The notes beneath the pieces were generated by a model that worked only from the letters and a program-made list of their open reading frames with translations, had not been told where the DNA came from and ran no database searches. The position numbers and the translations under genes were made by a program. A DNA stretch of 36,614 bases from Octopus bimaculoides (lineage: Eukaryota): assembly GCF_001194135.2 (NCBI RefSeq), contig NC_068982.1, forward strand, positions 102,506,025 through 102,542,638, in the 5' to 3' direction. Positions 34,968 through 36,614 of this stretch are shown here, in pieces. Within the stretch, counting starts at the first letter, position 1. The number at the start of each line of letters is the position of its first letter.

Positions 34968-36279
34968 GCATCCACTCCACCCAACTTGTGTATTGACTCC
35001 ACATTTGAGGTATGGTTCACCGCCACCAGCTCCATATTTGGGACATTGCGCATATAAGTGTATGTATAAATGAACATATATATATATATATATATATATA
35101 ATTATGTGTATTTCTTCTATCTTAATGAATAAAAATTCTTCTGATAGAATAAATGGGTTAATAGAAACCAATGTAGCAAAGAACACAAAATAACTGTGGT
35201 TTAGTTCCTGTTTTTAAGGCAGGAACTCCTTGACATTTTGGGTATTTAAGTATATTTAAGAATTTAAGGAATGGAGAAAACGCATGTAATAATTGCATAC
35301 TTTATTCCTACATATGTTTCAAAGGATTACAACCTGTGTGATCCATAGGGATCTTTGATATTAAAATTGTAACCTTCTCATCAGGGAAAGCATGGGANNN
35401 NNNNNNNNNNNNNNNNNNNNNNNNNNNNNNNNNNNNNNNNNNNNNNNNNNNNNNNNNNNNNNNNNNNNNNNNNNNNNNNNNNNNNNNNNNNNNNNNNNNN
35501 NNNNNNNNNNNNNNNNNNNNNNNNNNNNNNNNNNNNNNNNNNNNNNNNNNNNNNNNNNNNNNNNNNNNNNNNNNNNNNNNNNNNNNNNNNNNNNNNNNNN
35601 NNNNNNNNNNNNNNNNNNNNNNNNNNNNNNNNNNNNNNNNNNNNNNNNNNNNNNNNNNNNNNNNNNNNNNNNNNNNNNNNNNNNNNNNNNNNNNNNNNNN
35701 NNNNNNNNNNNNNNNNNNNNNNNNNNNNNNNNNNNNNNNNNNNNNNNNNNNNNNNNNNNNNNNNNNNNNNNNNNNNNNNNNNNNNNNNNNNNNNNNNNNN
35801 NNNNNNNNNNNNNNNNNNNNNNNNNNNNNNNNNNNNNNNNNNNNNNNNNNNNNNNNNNNNNNNNNNNNNNNNNNNNNNNNNNNNNNNNNNNNNNNNNNNN
35901 NNNNNNNNNNNNNNNNNNNNNNNNNNNNNNNNNNNNNNNNNNNNNNNNNNNNNNNNNNNNNNNNNNNNNNNNNNNNNNNNNNNNNNNNNNNNNNNNNNNN
36001 NNNNNNNNNNNNNNNNNNNNNNNNNNNNNNNNNNNNNNNNNNNNNNNNNNNNNNNNNNNNNNNNNNNNNNNNNNNNNNNNNNNNNNNNNNNNNNNNNNNN
36101 NNNNNNNNNNNNNNNNNNNNNNNNNNNNNNNNNNNNNNNNNNNNNNNNNNNNNNNNNNNNNNNNNNNNNNNNNNNNNNNNNNNNNNNNNNNNNNNNNNNN
36201 NNNNNNNNNNNNNNATATATATATATATATATATATAAAAGAAAAAGAAAAAAAAAGAAAATAACTCAAGTGTTTTCAT

Positions 36280-36614
36280 ATATACACACATACACATACC
36301 CATATACATAATCCACATATCCATATATATGTGTGCATGTATACATATATATATATATATATATATGTACACACACATACACATACACATATATACACAT
36401 ACACACATATACACATACATATACATACATAAACACACATACACGCGTACATACATATATACATACACACACATACATATAGAAGTATGTACTTACATAC
36501 AGAACCTAATAACGCATACATATGGGTTTATACAAATACATACACAATTATATATGCTTACATATACGTAGATATGTACACATATACACACATATATATA
36601 CTTACAAACATACG
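36280..36614 (+). repeat. (CA)/(TA)/(CATA) compound microsatellite
   Basis: Direct reading. Confidence 0.95.

Overview
AT-rich, microsatellite-saturated eukaryotic genomic DNA from a gapped draft assembly (8 N-runs). The SINE families resemble those I recall from Octopus, so it is most likely an octopus or other cephalopod intergenic or intronic region; this is inference, not a database match. I recognise no intact host gene, rRNA, tRNA gene or CRISPR array. Many ORFs in the supplied track are translated microsatellites or N-gaps, and none is a recognisable intact protein. What can be supported is a set of mostly decayed mobile elements: at least 9 tRNA-derived SINE copies from about 3 families, two copies of a Neptune-type Penelope-like element (PLE; GIY-YIG), two R4/Dong-like RLE retrotransposon remnants, a CR1/L2-group LINE 3' end, a Tigger/pogo fragment and an internally deleted Helitron. 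Most notable are several minimal hammerhead-ribozyme-like motifs at PLE-type termini (33309, 8767, 16826; weaker ones elsewhere), a ~240-bp palindromic mini-element built from two outward-facing PLE-like ends, an R4/Dong copy bracketed by (TAA)n, a pre-miRNA-like hairpin at 29465-29529 and a candidate start-codon exon at 11469-11657. All translations, alignments and folds were done by eye.
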